Shown here piece after piece: positions 56,204 through 63,191 of a DNA stretch of 64,000 bases (its first letter is position 1; each line of letters starts with the position of its first letter). The DNA comes from an uncultured Planctomycetaceae bacterium. Lineage in GTDB: Bacteria; Planctomycetota; Planctomycetia; Pirellulales; PALSA-1355. Location: assembly GCA_964598535.1 (NCBI GenBank), contig CAZRCI010000015.1, positions 31,098-95,097 on the forward strand. The letters are read 5' to 3'. The position numbers were made by a program, and so were the translations under genes. The notes beneath the pieces are model-generated. The model made no database searches. It saw only the letters and a program-made list of their open reading frames with translations, and was not told the origin of the DNA.

Positions 56204-57535
56204 ATGCCACAACCACAAAAACAACCTGATCCGCAGGCCCTAAAGCGGCTGCTGACTGAGTATGTCACGATCAGTGGGCGTAAGCTCGGAGCGGCCTCGC
56301 GCGAAACGCTGGAATGGTTGGTGCGCGAAGCGGGCTTTCGGCGCACGTTCGTGCGATTAAGTGGAAACGAGTTCCGGATCGATCCGAGCAGCATGACAAC
56401 CAGACTGAGGCGACTCGAGGCTGATGGTGCGCTCGTGATCTACAGGATACATGCCGGTCGGCTGGGAGGCGCAGAAGTTCGCGTGCGAGATCTGTTCGCC
56501 ATCCATGCCTATCGGCAGGCTGAGCGCGATCGCGACAAGTGGCTGCTGCAGTTCAGCGCTGACGACGACGAACCGCCAGCCACGATTACTCTCTCCGGCG
56601 TTCGAAATTCCGGCGCGTTGCGCGAAAACTCCGGCGCTTCGGCGGCAAGAGTCCGGAATTTGTTTGGCGACCAACCCCTCGACAGCGAGGAATCTCCGGA
56701 CTTTTCCAGGCAAGAGTCCGGAATTTCCTCGCGTAAATTCCGGCGCGTTGCGCGAAAACTCCGGCGCGTTGGCGGCAAGAGTCCGGAATTTCCTCGCGTA
56801 AATTCCGGCGCGTTGCGCGAAAACTCCGGCGCTTCAGCGGCAAGAGTCCGGAATTTCTCCGAGACCGGAGCGCCCCCAGAACTCGAAGCCAAGCTGCGCG
56901 AAACCCTGACTGCCAACCAGCTCGAAAGCTGGCTGCTTCCCAGTCGCTTCGTCGTCACAGAGGCCAACACACAAGTCTTTCTGTTTTCAGCTTTTGCGAT
57001 CGATCTGGTACGTAAAAACATCGGTCGCCAGATGCACGCCGCAACGCGTGACGCCGGCCTGCCGCCGCTCGAATTTTGCGTCGATGGGACGCTCCGGGCA
57101 TGGTTTGAAAACGACCAAAATTCCGGCGCTTCGGCGGCAAGAGTCCGGAATTTCCCGGTTAATGAATTAATATTTAATCAAACGCGCGCGGCGCGCCGCG
57201 GCGACTTCGGAGAACATCCGCTGCTACGGGCCGCGGAGTCGCTGTACGACGCGGTGGGCCTGGACTGGCCATTCCGCTGGTTCGCCATTCAGGCCATCAC
57301 ACTGCTCGACGCAGGCGCAATCCAGCGTGCCGACATCGAGCAGCGGATCGCGGATCCCGCGCGCCGCGCCAAGCTGCTCCCGCACGGGATCCGCGAACTG
57401 GCTGGCGAGCACTGGCGCGAGCTGCCGGCATTCCGCCGCCATCTGTCCGATCACTACGGCATTGCGTGGCAAGAGCACTTCGCCGCCAATCGCGCGCCGC
57501 GAGCCAATCACCCACGGAAGGGCAGCACTCGATGA
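56204..57535 (+). CDS. Replication-initiator-like protein containing the iteron array (lambda O-like arrangement)
   Basis: 443-aa ORF. The N-terminus looks like a winged helix (TLEWLVREAGFRRTFVRLSGNEF...LEADGALVIYRI). The middle is encoded by DNA repeats. The stop overlaps the next ATG (ATGA). The functional call is inferred from the repeat architecture, not from homology. Confidence 0.5.
   Translation: MPQPQKQPDPQALKRLLTEYVTISGRKLGAASRETLEWLVREAGFRRTFVRLSGNEFRIDPSSMTTRLRRLEADGALVIYRIHAGRLGGAEVRVRDLFAIHAYRQAERDRDKWLLQFSADDDEPPATITLSGVRNSGALRENSGASAARVRNLFGDQPLDSEESPDFSRQESGISSRKFRRVARKLRRVGGKSPEFPRVNSGALRENSGASAARVRNFSETGAPPELEAKLRETLTANQLESWLLPSRFVVTEANTQVFLFSAFAIDLVRKNIGRQMHAATRDAGLPPLEFCVDGTLRAWFENDQNSGASAARVRNFPVNELIFNQTRAARRGDFGEHPLLRAAESLYDAVGLDWPFRWFAIQAITLLDAGAIQRADIEQRIADPARRAKLLPHGIRELAGEHWRELPAFRRHLSDHYGIAWQEHFAANRAPRANHPRKGSTR
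56605..57155 (+). repeat. Iteron-like array: three full 57-bp units plus two partial units
   Basis: The unit AAATTCCGGCGCGTTGCGCGAAAACTCCGGCGCTTCGGCGGCAAGAGTCCGGAATTT occurs at 56605-56661, 56735-56791 and 56800-56856. There is a half unit at 56709-56734 and a unit with a 21-bp internal deletion at about 57117-57155. The unit ends are inverted (AAATTCCGG ... CCGGAATTT). Confidence 0.8.
57159..57182 (+). other. AT-rich tract next to the iterons (candidate DNA-unwinding element)
   Basis: TTAATGAATTAATATTTAATCAAA contains only 2 G/C in 24 nt, inside a very GC-rich gene and 4 nt after the last iteron. Confidence 0.55.
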
Positions 57536-58137
57536 GCTATTGGATTCCCACGTTCACCGGCAAGCTGATCGACGTTCGGAACCCCGATCCTGCGCTGATC
57601 GATCCGGTCGATATCGCCGTCTCGCTCGCGCGCAAGCCGCGGTGGAACGGCCACACGCAGCAGGCCCTCACCGTCGCCGAGCACTCGCTGAGCGGGAGCT
57701 ACGACTTTCCAGATCCCCGGCAGGCGTTCCAGTTCCTGCTGCACGACGCGCAGGAGGCGTACGTCGGCGACGTGTCGCGCCCGCTCAAGCTGCTGCTCGG
57801 CGACGTCTGGCGCACGATCGAGGATCGGTTCACGCAGGCCGTGGCCCTGCGGTTCGGCCTGGACGCGGCCCGTGGCTGGGAGCAGGTGAGCGTGATCGAC
57901 GACGTCCTGCTCGCCCGGGAACGCCGCGATCTGATACACCCCAGCGCCGCGCACGACGCGCGGTGGGCCTGGCATCGCGCGTCCGACGCCGTGCCGTGCG
58001 TCGCGCCGCAGAAACCCCGCCTCGTGATCCGCGCCTTCCTCGAACGGTTCGAGGAGCTCTCCGGCGAGCGCGTGGATTGGTCGCTACTGCCGCCGCCCCG
58101 TTCGCTCTGGCGGCGGTTCTTACCACCCGGGAGGTGA
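57532..58137 (+). CDS. HD-domain phosphohydrolase
   Basis: MSYWIPTFTGKLIDV...LTVAEHSL...FLLHDAQEAYVGDVSRPLK (H...HD...D pattern). The ATG overlaps the previous stop. Confidence 0.7.
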   Translation: MSYWIPTFTGKLIDVRNPDPALIDPVDIAVSLARKPRWNGHTQQALTVAEHSLSGSYDFPDPRQAFQFLLHDAQEAYVGDVSRPLKLLLGDVWRTIEDRFTQAVALRFGLDAARGWEQVSVIDDVLLARERRDLIHPSAAHDARWAWHRASDAVPCVAPQKPRLVIRAFLERFEELSGERVDWSLLPPPRSLWRRFLPPGR

Positions 58138-58143
58138 CGACTG

Positions 58144-58386
58144 ATGCGGTGCCCCGAATGCCTGATCGATATCGACGCCGTGCGCGTGTACGTGTCGGCG
58201 CTCGTGCCGCGGACGCTCCGCGACCAACTGCGCGAAGAGGCGGCGCGGTCTGGCGTGTCGCTCCGCCAGGTGATCGTCACCAAGCTCGCCGCGCCGCTCG
58301 GCGCGAAAGGCGTCTGCCAGACGTGCGCCGAGCTCGCCCGCCGACGGCAACGCGAATTCGGCGAGACTCTTCCGCCGCGCGAATAA
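58144..58386 (+). CDS. Small protein, possible ribbon-helix-helix DNA-binding fold plus CxxC pairs
   Basis: MRCPEC...VSALVPRTLRDQLREEAARSGVSLRQVIVTKL (strand-helix-helix pattern)...CQTC. Confidence 0.45.
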   Translation: MRCPECLIDIDAVRVYVSALVPRTLRDQLREEAARSGVSLRQVIVTKLAAPLGAKGVCQTCAELARRRQREFGETLPPRE

Positions 58387-58425
58387 CTTTTTCCCGTTTC
58401 AACCTCGAGCACAAGGAGATGCATC

Positions 58426-58770
58426 ATGGCGGTGGCCGAAAAATCGAAACGCAAGCGCAAGGCCGCGGAGAGCGAGAGCACGCTGATCCTGGCCGACATG
58501 ATCGCCGGGTATTGCCGCGCGAGGCAGCAGTCTTGGCAGGGCGCCGTCGGCACCGACTGCGTGTGCACGCTGGAGGATGGGCTCGAGCTCAGCATCGACG
58601 GTCGGCGGGGCGTGGTGCCCTGGTCGTGGCTCGGCGCGGCCCTCAGCCTGACGGGCGCCAAGCTGCCCGAGGAAATCAAGCGGCTTCCCGGAGCGAAAGC
58701 CGCTCCGAAGAAGAACGCCCCAGGAAACGCGTCGGCGCGGAAGCCGGCGAAGGCGAAGAAGAAATCGTAA
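58426..58770 (+). CDS. Hypothetical protein with Lys-rich N- and C-terminal tails
   Basis: AAGGAG lies 7 nt upstream. KSKRKRKAAE at the N-terminus and KKNAPGNASARKPAKAKKKS at the C-terminus. Confidence 0.5.
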   Translation: MAVAEKSKRKRKAAESESTLILADMIAGYCRARQQSWQGAVGTDCVCTLEDGLELSIDGRRGVVPWSWLGAALSLTGAKLPEEIKRLPGAKAAPKKNAPGNASARKPAKAKKKS

Positions 58771-58812
58771 CACAGAGGCTCAAAGCCGCAGCGCGGCGGA
58801 AAGGACGAAGTT

Positions 58813-59046
58813 GTGCAGCTCAAGCCACTGACCAGGCTGTTGCTGGACGGCGCGGCCAAGACGAGAAGCTGGCCTTCGGCAGCACGTTCCAAGTTGGCCG
58901 GCGAGGCCAGATCGCTGCGCTCGCAGCTCGCCCAGCAACGATGGAAAGGCGAACCGTACGGTGTGGCGCGAGAGGCCTTCCGTCTTCGTCGCGCGGCGGA
59001 AGAGTCGCGCCGAAGTCACGCGCTGCTCGCGGTGTTTTCCCGATGA
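58813..59046 (+). CDS. Hypothetical small protein
   Basis: GTG start. Its stop overlaps the ATG of the AP2 gene (ATGA), which suggests coupling. The composition is only weakly protein-like. Confidence 0.35.
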   Translation: MQLKPLTRLLLDGAAKTRSWPSAARSKLAGEARSLRSQLAQQRWKGEPYGVAREAFRLRRAAEESRRSHALLAVFSR

Positions 59047-59312
59047 CGGTCCCAGCGCAGAAATCGGATTGGTCGGCATGGTGCCATCAGCGTGGCCGCA
59101 CCTCTAAGCGATCCGTCACCGCCTCGCGTTACCGCGGCGTGTGGTGGGATCGGGCGAGACGACGTTGGCGCGTGGAGATCTGCAAAGACGGCCAGCGTTA
59201 CCGCGGTAAGTATCGGTTCGAGATCCAGGCGGCGCTCGCCTACGACCGGTTGGCGCGAGAGCTGTATGGCGAGTTCGCCGTATTGAATTTCCCACTGACC
59301 ACTGCCCACTAA
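59043..59312 (+). CDS. Stand-alone AP2/ERF-type DNA-binding domain protein
   Basis: SRYRGVWWDRARRRWRVEICKDGQRYRGKYRFEIQAALAYDRLARELYGEFAVLNFP matches the AP2 pattern (YRGV...W.A.I...R..LG.F....AA.AYD.AA....G..A..NF). This is the last 89 codons of the 661-aa shadow ORF 57327-59312. Confidence 0.7.
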   Translation: MTVPAQKSDWSAWCHQRGRTSKRSVTASRYRGVWWDRARRRWRVEICKDGQRYRGKYRFEIQAALAYDRLARELYGEFAVLNFPLTTAH

Positions 59313-59345
59313 TCACTAACCACTACCAGCACGGAGGGACGAACG

Positions 59346-59561
59346 ATGGTCCAACTACCGATCGCCGGCGCACGCGGGAACCTGGTGCTTGCCCGGCACG
59401 ACGGCCAACGGGTGTTGCTCAGCGGAGGCATCACGATCGAGCTGGTGCGCTCGAAGACCGGCATCGCCTGGCTGCAAGTACAAGCGCCCTCAGGCGTGGC
59501 GATCTGGCGCGAGGAAATCGCCCCGCGCGAATTCGTCGACCGGCATCGGAGCGCCGCATGA
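59346..59561 (+). CDS. csrA: CsrA/RsmA-like RNA-binding regulator encoded on the element
   Basis: NLVLARHDGQRVLLSGGITIELVRSKTGIAWLQVQAPSGVAIWREEI aligns without gaps to E. coli CsrA [47 protein letters not shown]. The L-x-L-x-R-x-x-G, V-x-AP and REEI positions are conserved. GGAGGG RBS. Confidence 0.6.
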   Translation: MVQLPIAGARGNLVLARHDGQRVLLSGGITIELVRSKTGIAWLQVQAPSGVAIWREEIAPREFVDRHRSAA

Positions 59562-59932
59562 AACCGGACGGGGCGACGTCAGCCCCCCCCCCGAATCGAC
59601 CTCGATGGGCAGCTTCTGATGCCGTGGGCCCACGTGCGCTGCCAGGGCTGCGGCCGGCTGCTGACGAGTACCTCGAGCCAGAAACGACAAATGGGGCGGA
59701 CCTGCTGGCGGCGCAGCCAGCGGGAAGAACCCACCAAGGAAAACCAGGGATGAGCTGCAATCACCCCCACGAAAAGTGGCGCGATGCGATCGACCCGGAT
59801 CGACCGTTCTTCGTGCGCACCGTGTGCGCCTGCGGAAAATTCCTGGGGTATCGCGACCTCGAACAAACCGGCGAAGTCTCGCCGGCCAAGCCGCCCCGTA
59901 ACCCTCGAGCGCGCCGCGCGGCCGGCGCGTAA
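59558..59932 (+). CDS. Hypothetical protein with C-terminal Cys/His cluster; start uncertain
   Basis: ATG 59558 overlaps the CsrA-like stop (ATGA). Alternative ATG 59750 lies after AAGGA and gives MSCNHPHEKW...VCACGKFLGY. A C10 homopolymer at 59583-59592 lies in the long version. Confidence 0.4.
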   Translation: MKPDGATSAPPPNRPRWAASDAVGPRALPGLRPAADEYLEPETTNGADLLAAQPAGRTHQGKPGMSCNHPHEKWRDAIDPDRPFFVRTVCACGKFLGYRDLEQTGEVSPAKPPRNPRARRAAGA

Positions 59933-59955
59933 ACAAAACGAAAGGAGATCTGACC

Positions 59956-60231
59956 ATGGCGGACACGACCGAACCAGGCTTGCGTTTGCAGCAACGGCTC
60001 AACGAGCTCTGGCAGGCAATGATGAACGAGCTGCCGCCCGAATCACGCGCGAAGTGCGCTTGGACCTGGTGCGGCGCCTTGCTGAGCCAGGCCGTTCTGA
60101 TCGCCGCCTACATGCACGGCGCGGAAGCAGACCTGGAGGCGATGAGACCGGCGCTCGAGGACGTGGCCGAGGCCCTGAGCCAGCACTTTCCCACGCCGCG
60201 TGCGACGATCAAGGAGGTTCCGCATGCGTGA
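59956..60231 (+). CDS. Hypothetical helical protein (91 aa)
   Basis: AAAGGAG RBS; no motif recognised. Confidence 0.45.
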   Translation: MADTTEPGLRLQQRLNELWQAMMNELPPESRAKCAWTWCGALLSQAVLIAAYMHGAEADLEAMRPALEDVAEALSQHFPTPRATIKEVPHA

Positions 60232-60742
60232 AGAAAATTCCCAGGCCTGCCCGGTTGTGGGTTGCAATCGCTGCAAGCGCTCGGTACCGATGTGCCGCCA
60301 GCACTGGATGGCGCTGGCCGGCACGCAACGCCGGCTGCTCCTCGAGCTCGAGGAGTGCGACCCGGTGGCCTGCGGCGTGGCGGTGTTGCTGTTGGCCGAG
60401 GCCATCGGCGACGAAGCGCCCCCGTGGGCCGGCAGGAACGAGACACGACGAGTCGACCGGCGGGAGCGCGTAAAACGCATGCAAGCGGCACAACGAGCCA
60501 CGTGTCAGAGGATGCGCCGACACGCCCGCGGGCGCGACGAATATGCTCCGCGGACCGCCGCGTGGCGCGAGGAGCTGGAGCGGATCGTCCGGCTGCTGCG
60601 GGAAAAGTACTCGGCGCTGGAGGTGGCGCTGGCGATGGTGCGCGGCGGACACGGCACGGACGGCTATTGCCCGTTCCTGGTCAGCGCGGGGCTCGACCTC
60701 GACGACCAGCGCGCCGAGGCGCCGGCCCTCGCCGGCACGTAA
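60224..60742 (+). CDS. Cys-motif paralogue 1 (172 aa)
   Basis: AAGGAGG lies 6 nt upstream of ATG 60224. N-terminal CPVVGCNRCKRSVPMCRQHWMALAGTQRRLL. C-terminal YSALEVALAMVRGGHGTDGYCPFLVSAGLDLDDQRA is shared with the next gene. Confidence 0.55.
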   Translation: MREENSQACPVVGCNRCKRSVPMCRQHWMALAGTQRRLLLELEECDPVACGVAVLLLAEAIGDEAPPWAGRNETRRVDRRERVKRMQAAQRATCQRMRRHARGRDEYAPRTAAWREELERIVRLLREKYSALEVALAMVRGGHGTDGYCPFLVSAGLDLDDQRAEAPALAGT

Positions 60743-60758
60743 ACGAGGGAAACGCGGC

Positions 60759-61262
60759 ATGACGCCGATGGAATTTTGCGCGGGGCTGAGCTGCTCCAAC
60801 TGGTTGCGCGATGGGCGAACGCTGCCCTTGTGCCGGCGCTGCTGGCAGCGCCTCGCCCCCGGCCCGCGCGCGCAAATCCGTGCGCTCTCCGGGGCCGGCG
60901 AGCACCTGGCGGCACGCACCCTCGCCGCGCTCGTCGCCGAGCTGCCGGCGCGCACGCTCTGCGCGGATGCTCTCGAGCTCAATCGGACGTGGATCACCGT
61001 GCGGGCCAACGTCGCGGAGGCGCTCGAGCGAGAGGCCCGCGACTATCAGGCTGCCGTCGAACCCTGGCGCGTGCTGCTCGCAGATCTGTTCCGGTCGATC
61101 GCGGGCGCCGCGGCCTGGGGACGCTGGTCGCACGTCGAGCTCGCCTGCGCGATGGTTCGCACGCGCAGCGGGGTCGACGGATACAACCCTTACCTGCTGG
61201 CGGCCGCCGTCGACCTCGACGAGCAAACCGCGGCGAACGCTCACGCCGGGGCCGTACCATGA
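60759..61262 (+). CDS. Cys-motif paralogue 2 (167 aa)
   Basis: N-terminal CAGLSCSNWLRDGRTLPLCRRCWQRLAPGPRAQI. C-terminal WSHVELACAMVRTRSGVDGYNPYLLAAAVDLDEQTA. Confidence 0.55.
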   Translation: MTPMEFCAGLSCSNWLRDGRTLPLCRRCWQRLAPGPRAQIRALSGAGEHLAARTLAALVAELPARTLCADALELNRTWITVRANVAEALEREARDYQAAVEPWRVLLADLFRSIAGAAAWGRWSHVELACAMVRTRSGVDGYNPYLLAAAVDLDEQTAANAHAGAVP

Positions 61263-61510
61263 CGCCCGTGGCTTGCCCCCGCCCCGACAAGATCGGTTAT
61301 CCCACGCACGCCATGGCCGCGCGGGCGCTCGGCGTGCTGCGCGGCAGGAAGGGGTTTGGCGTGGCGGAAATCTATCGCTGCGACTGCGGCCTCTGGCACC
61401 TGGGGCGCAGTGGCCCGGGCGTCGGCGGCAAGTCGCGCCGCCGCAAGCGCACGCAACGGCGGCGTCTCAAACGGTCCTTGTGGTGGGGGAAAGGTGATGC
61501 CAGCCAATGA
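61259..61510 (+). CDS. Hypothetical small protein with basic tail
   Basis: ATGA overlap with the previous gene. MTPVACPRPDKIGYPTHAMAARAL...YRCDCGLWHLG then KSRRRKRTQRRRLKR. Confidence 0.45.
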   Translation: MTPVACPRPDKIGYPTHAMAARALGVLRGRKGFGVAEIYRCDCGLWHLGRSGPGVGGKSRRRKRTQRRRLKRSLWWGKGDASQ

Positions 61511-61790
61511 ATGCGCGGCCACGATGTGCGGGCGCGGAATCCACCGTGCCCGCCTGATGTGCAAGCCGCATTGGTACCAGGTGCCCAGGCACTTGCGCGC
61601 GGCGATCCGGCGGCTGTACGACGCCGAAGTGGCTCCGTTCATCGCGCGGCTCAAGAAGCTGATGGACGACGCGGCCGCCGGCTGCCCGCTCGAAACGTGC
61701 GAGATCGTGATCGCGGTGACGAGCGACCGCTCGGCGCACAATGACCGCCGGATCGCGGCGGCGCTCGACCTCTCCGAGGTCCAGCGATGA
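61497..61790 (+). CDS. Cys-motif paralogue 3 (short form, 97 aa)
   Basis: CAATMCGRGIHRARLMCKPHWYQVPRHLRAAIRRLY has the same C-x2-4-C ... C-x2-(H/C)-W ... R-x-x-(I/L) N-terminal pattern as 60224 and 60759. Confidence 0.5.
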   Translation: MPANECAATMCGRGIHRARLMCKPHWYQVPRHLRAAIRRLYDAEVAPFIARLKKLMDDAAAGCPLETCEIVIAVTSDRSAHNDRRIAAALDLSEVQR

Positions 61791-62473
61791 CCGCGCCGCC
61801 CGAGGACGTCGAGACGCTCATCCGCGGCGGGCAGGCCTGGGCCAGGGCGCTCGCGCGGCAATTGTATCGCCGCTGGACGCCCGGCGCCGTGCAGCTCGAC
61901 GACCTCGAAAGCGCGGCGCTCGACGGACTGTGGCGCGCCGCCCGGCGATACGACGGCTGCCGGCCGTTCCGAACCTACGCCCAGCACCACGTCCGCGGCG
62001 CGCTGCTCGACTGCCTGCGCGGGGCCGATCCGCTCAGCCGCCAGCAGCGCGCCGCGGCCAAGGCGGCCGAAGCCCAGTGCGCGGAGTTGGCCCATCGTCT
62101 CGCGCGGCCGCCGACCGACGAGGAACTGGCCGAGGCGGCGGGGATCTCGCCGGCCGAATTGGCCGCGTTGCGGATCGCGCGGCCCCTCAGCCTCGACGCG
62201 CCCATCGCCGAGCGCGAGGACGGCCGCGCGATCCGCCTGCTCGAGCAGCTCGCGTCGCGCCAGCCAGGCGACGACGAGCGCGAACGGTTCGAGCGTCTGA
62301 CGCGCGGGCTGCCGGCGCGCACGCGGTCGCTACTCTGGATGTACTACTACGAAGGCCAGTCGATGGGGGCCATCGCCGCGCAATTCGGGGTGACGCTGAG
62401 CCGGGGCAGTCAGATTCACCGCCAGGCGCTGGACTGGCTGCGCCGCACCGCGCCCGAGATCCGGCTTGACTGA
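61787..62473 (+). CDS. Sigma-70-family RNA polymerase sigma factor (group 3/FliA-like size)
   Basis: Region 2: DDLESAALDGLWRAARRYD...FRTYAQHHVRGALLDCLR. Region 4.2 HTH: QSMGAIAAQFGVTLSRGSQIHRQALDWLR. ATGA overlap with the upstream gene. Confidence 0.85.
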   Translation: MTAPPEDVETLIRGGQAWARALARQLYRRWTPGAVQLDDLESAALDGLWRAARRYDGCRPFRTYAQHHVRGALLDCLRGADPLSRQQRAAAKAAEAQCAELAHRLARPPTDEELAEAAGISPAELAALRIARPLSLDAPIAEREDGRAIRLLEQLASRQPGDDERERFERLTRGLPARTRSLLWMYYYEGQSMGAIAAQFGVTLSRGSQIHRQALDWLRRTAPEIRLD

Positions 62474-62533
62474 TTGGCGCGTGCGGGCTACCGGCATGGA
62501 TCGTGCCCTTTGACGCCTCGCCGGGAGTCCGCC

Positions 62534-63181
62534 GTGTCTGCTACGCATTCCCTCACGCTCTATCGCACGGCGCGGCCCACGATCCGCAACGGCGACGTGC
62601 TGCTGCTGCGCAATCCGTCGAGCCCCATCGCCGTGCTCGGCCGCGGGCTCTACAGCCACGCGTCGGTCGCCTTCTGGCACGGCGCCCTGCACTCGCAAGA
62701 ACGCGTGCTGATGCTCGCGGAGTTTCGCGAGCTCGTCGGCGGCCGCATCGTCACGCTCAGCAGCCAGGTCCGCCGCTACCCGGGCCGCCTCGACGTATTT
62801 CGGCCGAAATGCACGCCGCACCTGGCGAGCTTCGCGGCGGAAATCATGGTGCGCCAGGCGGGGCACGCCTACGGCTGGGGGTCGATCGTGGCCTGCGGCG
62901 CGCTGCACGCGCCCGGCGTGCGCTGGGCCGCCCGCCGCTGGTGGAACGCGGCCGATACGCGCCTGAGCGGCTGGAGCGACTGCAAGCACTGTTCCCAGGC
63001 CGTCACCTGGGCCTACCGCAAGGCGGCCCGCACGGCGCGGAGCAACTTCGAGCTCGCTCCCGGGCTGGCGGACTGGGCCGTCGAGCCGACGCACCTCGAG
63101 CACTCGGCCGGCCTCGAGCGCGTCGTCACGGGGCTCGCGCACGAACTGCCCGAAGACGTGCTTCCCTTTTCTTCCGTCTGA
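62534..63181 (+). CDS. Possible YiiX-like permuted papain-fold peptidase/amidase
   Basis: GTG 62534 after GGGAG. NGDVLLLRN...YSHASVAFW (His region precedes) ... CSQAVTWAYRKA (Cys region follows), which is the permuted order seen in the YiiX/YaeF family. Recalled, not searched. Confidence 0.4.
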   Translation: MSATHSLTLYRTARPTIRNGDVLLLRNPSSPIAVLGRGLYSHASVAFWHGALHSQERVLMLAEFRELVGGRIVTLSSQVRRYPGRLDVFRPKCTPHLASFAAEIMVRQAGHAYGWGSIVACGALHAPGVRWAARRWWNAADTRLSGWSDCKHCSQAVTWAYRKAARTARSNFELAPGLADWAVEPTHLEHSAGLERVVTGLAHELPEDVLPFSSV

Positions 63182-63191
63182 CGAGGCCCAC

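Noticed and set aside
56605-57155. Repeat array considered as a possible CRISPR
   Set aside because: The repeats are 57 bp with irregular or absent spacers, lie inside an ORF and abut an AT-rich tract. There are no cas genes. The iteron/origin interpretation fits better.
57327-59312. 661-aa plus-strand ORF and 397-aa minus-strand ORF 57699-58892
   Set aside because: These are stop-free frames produced by very high GC. The region is better explained by a chain of short genes with RBSs and ATGA overlaps. Only the final 89 codons (AP2 domain) of the 661-aa frame are real.
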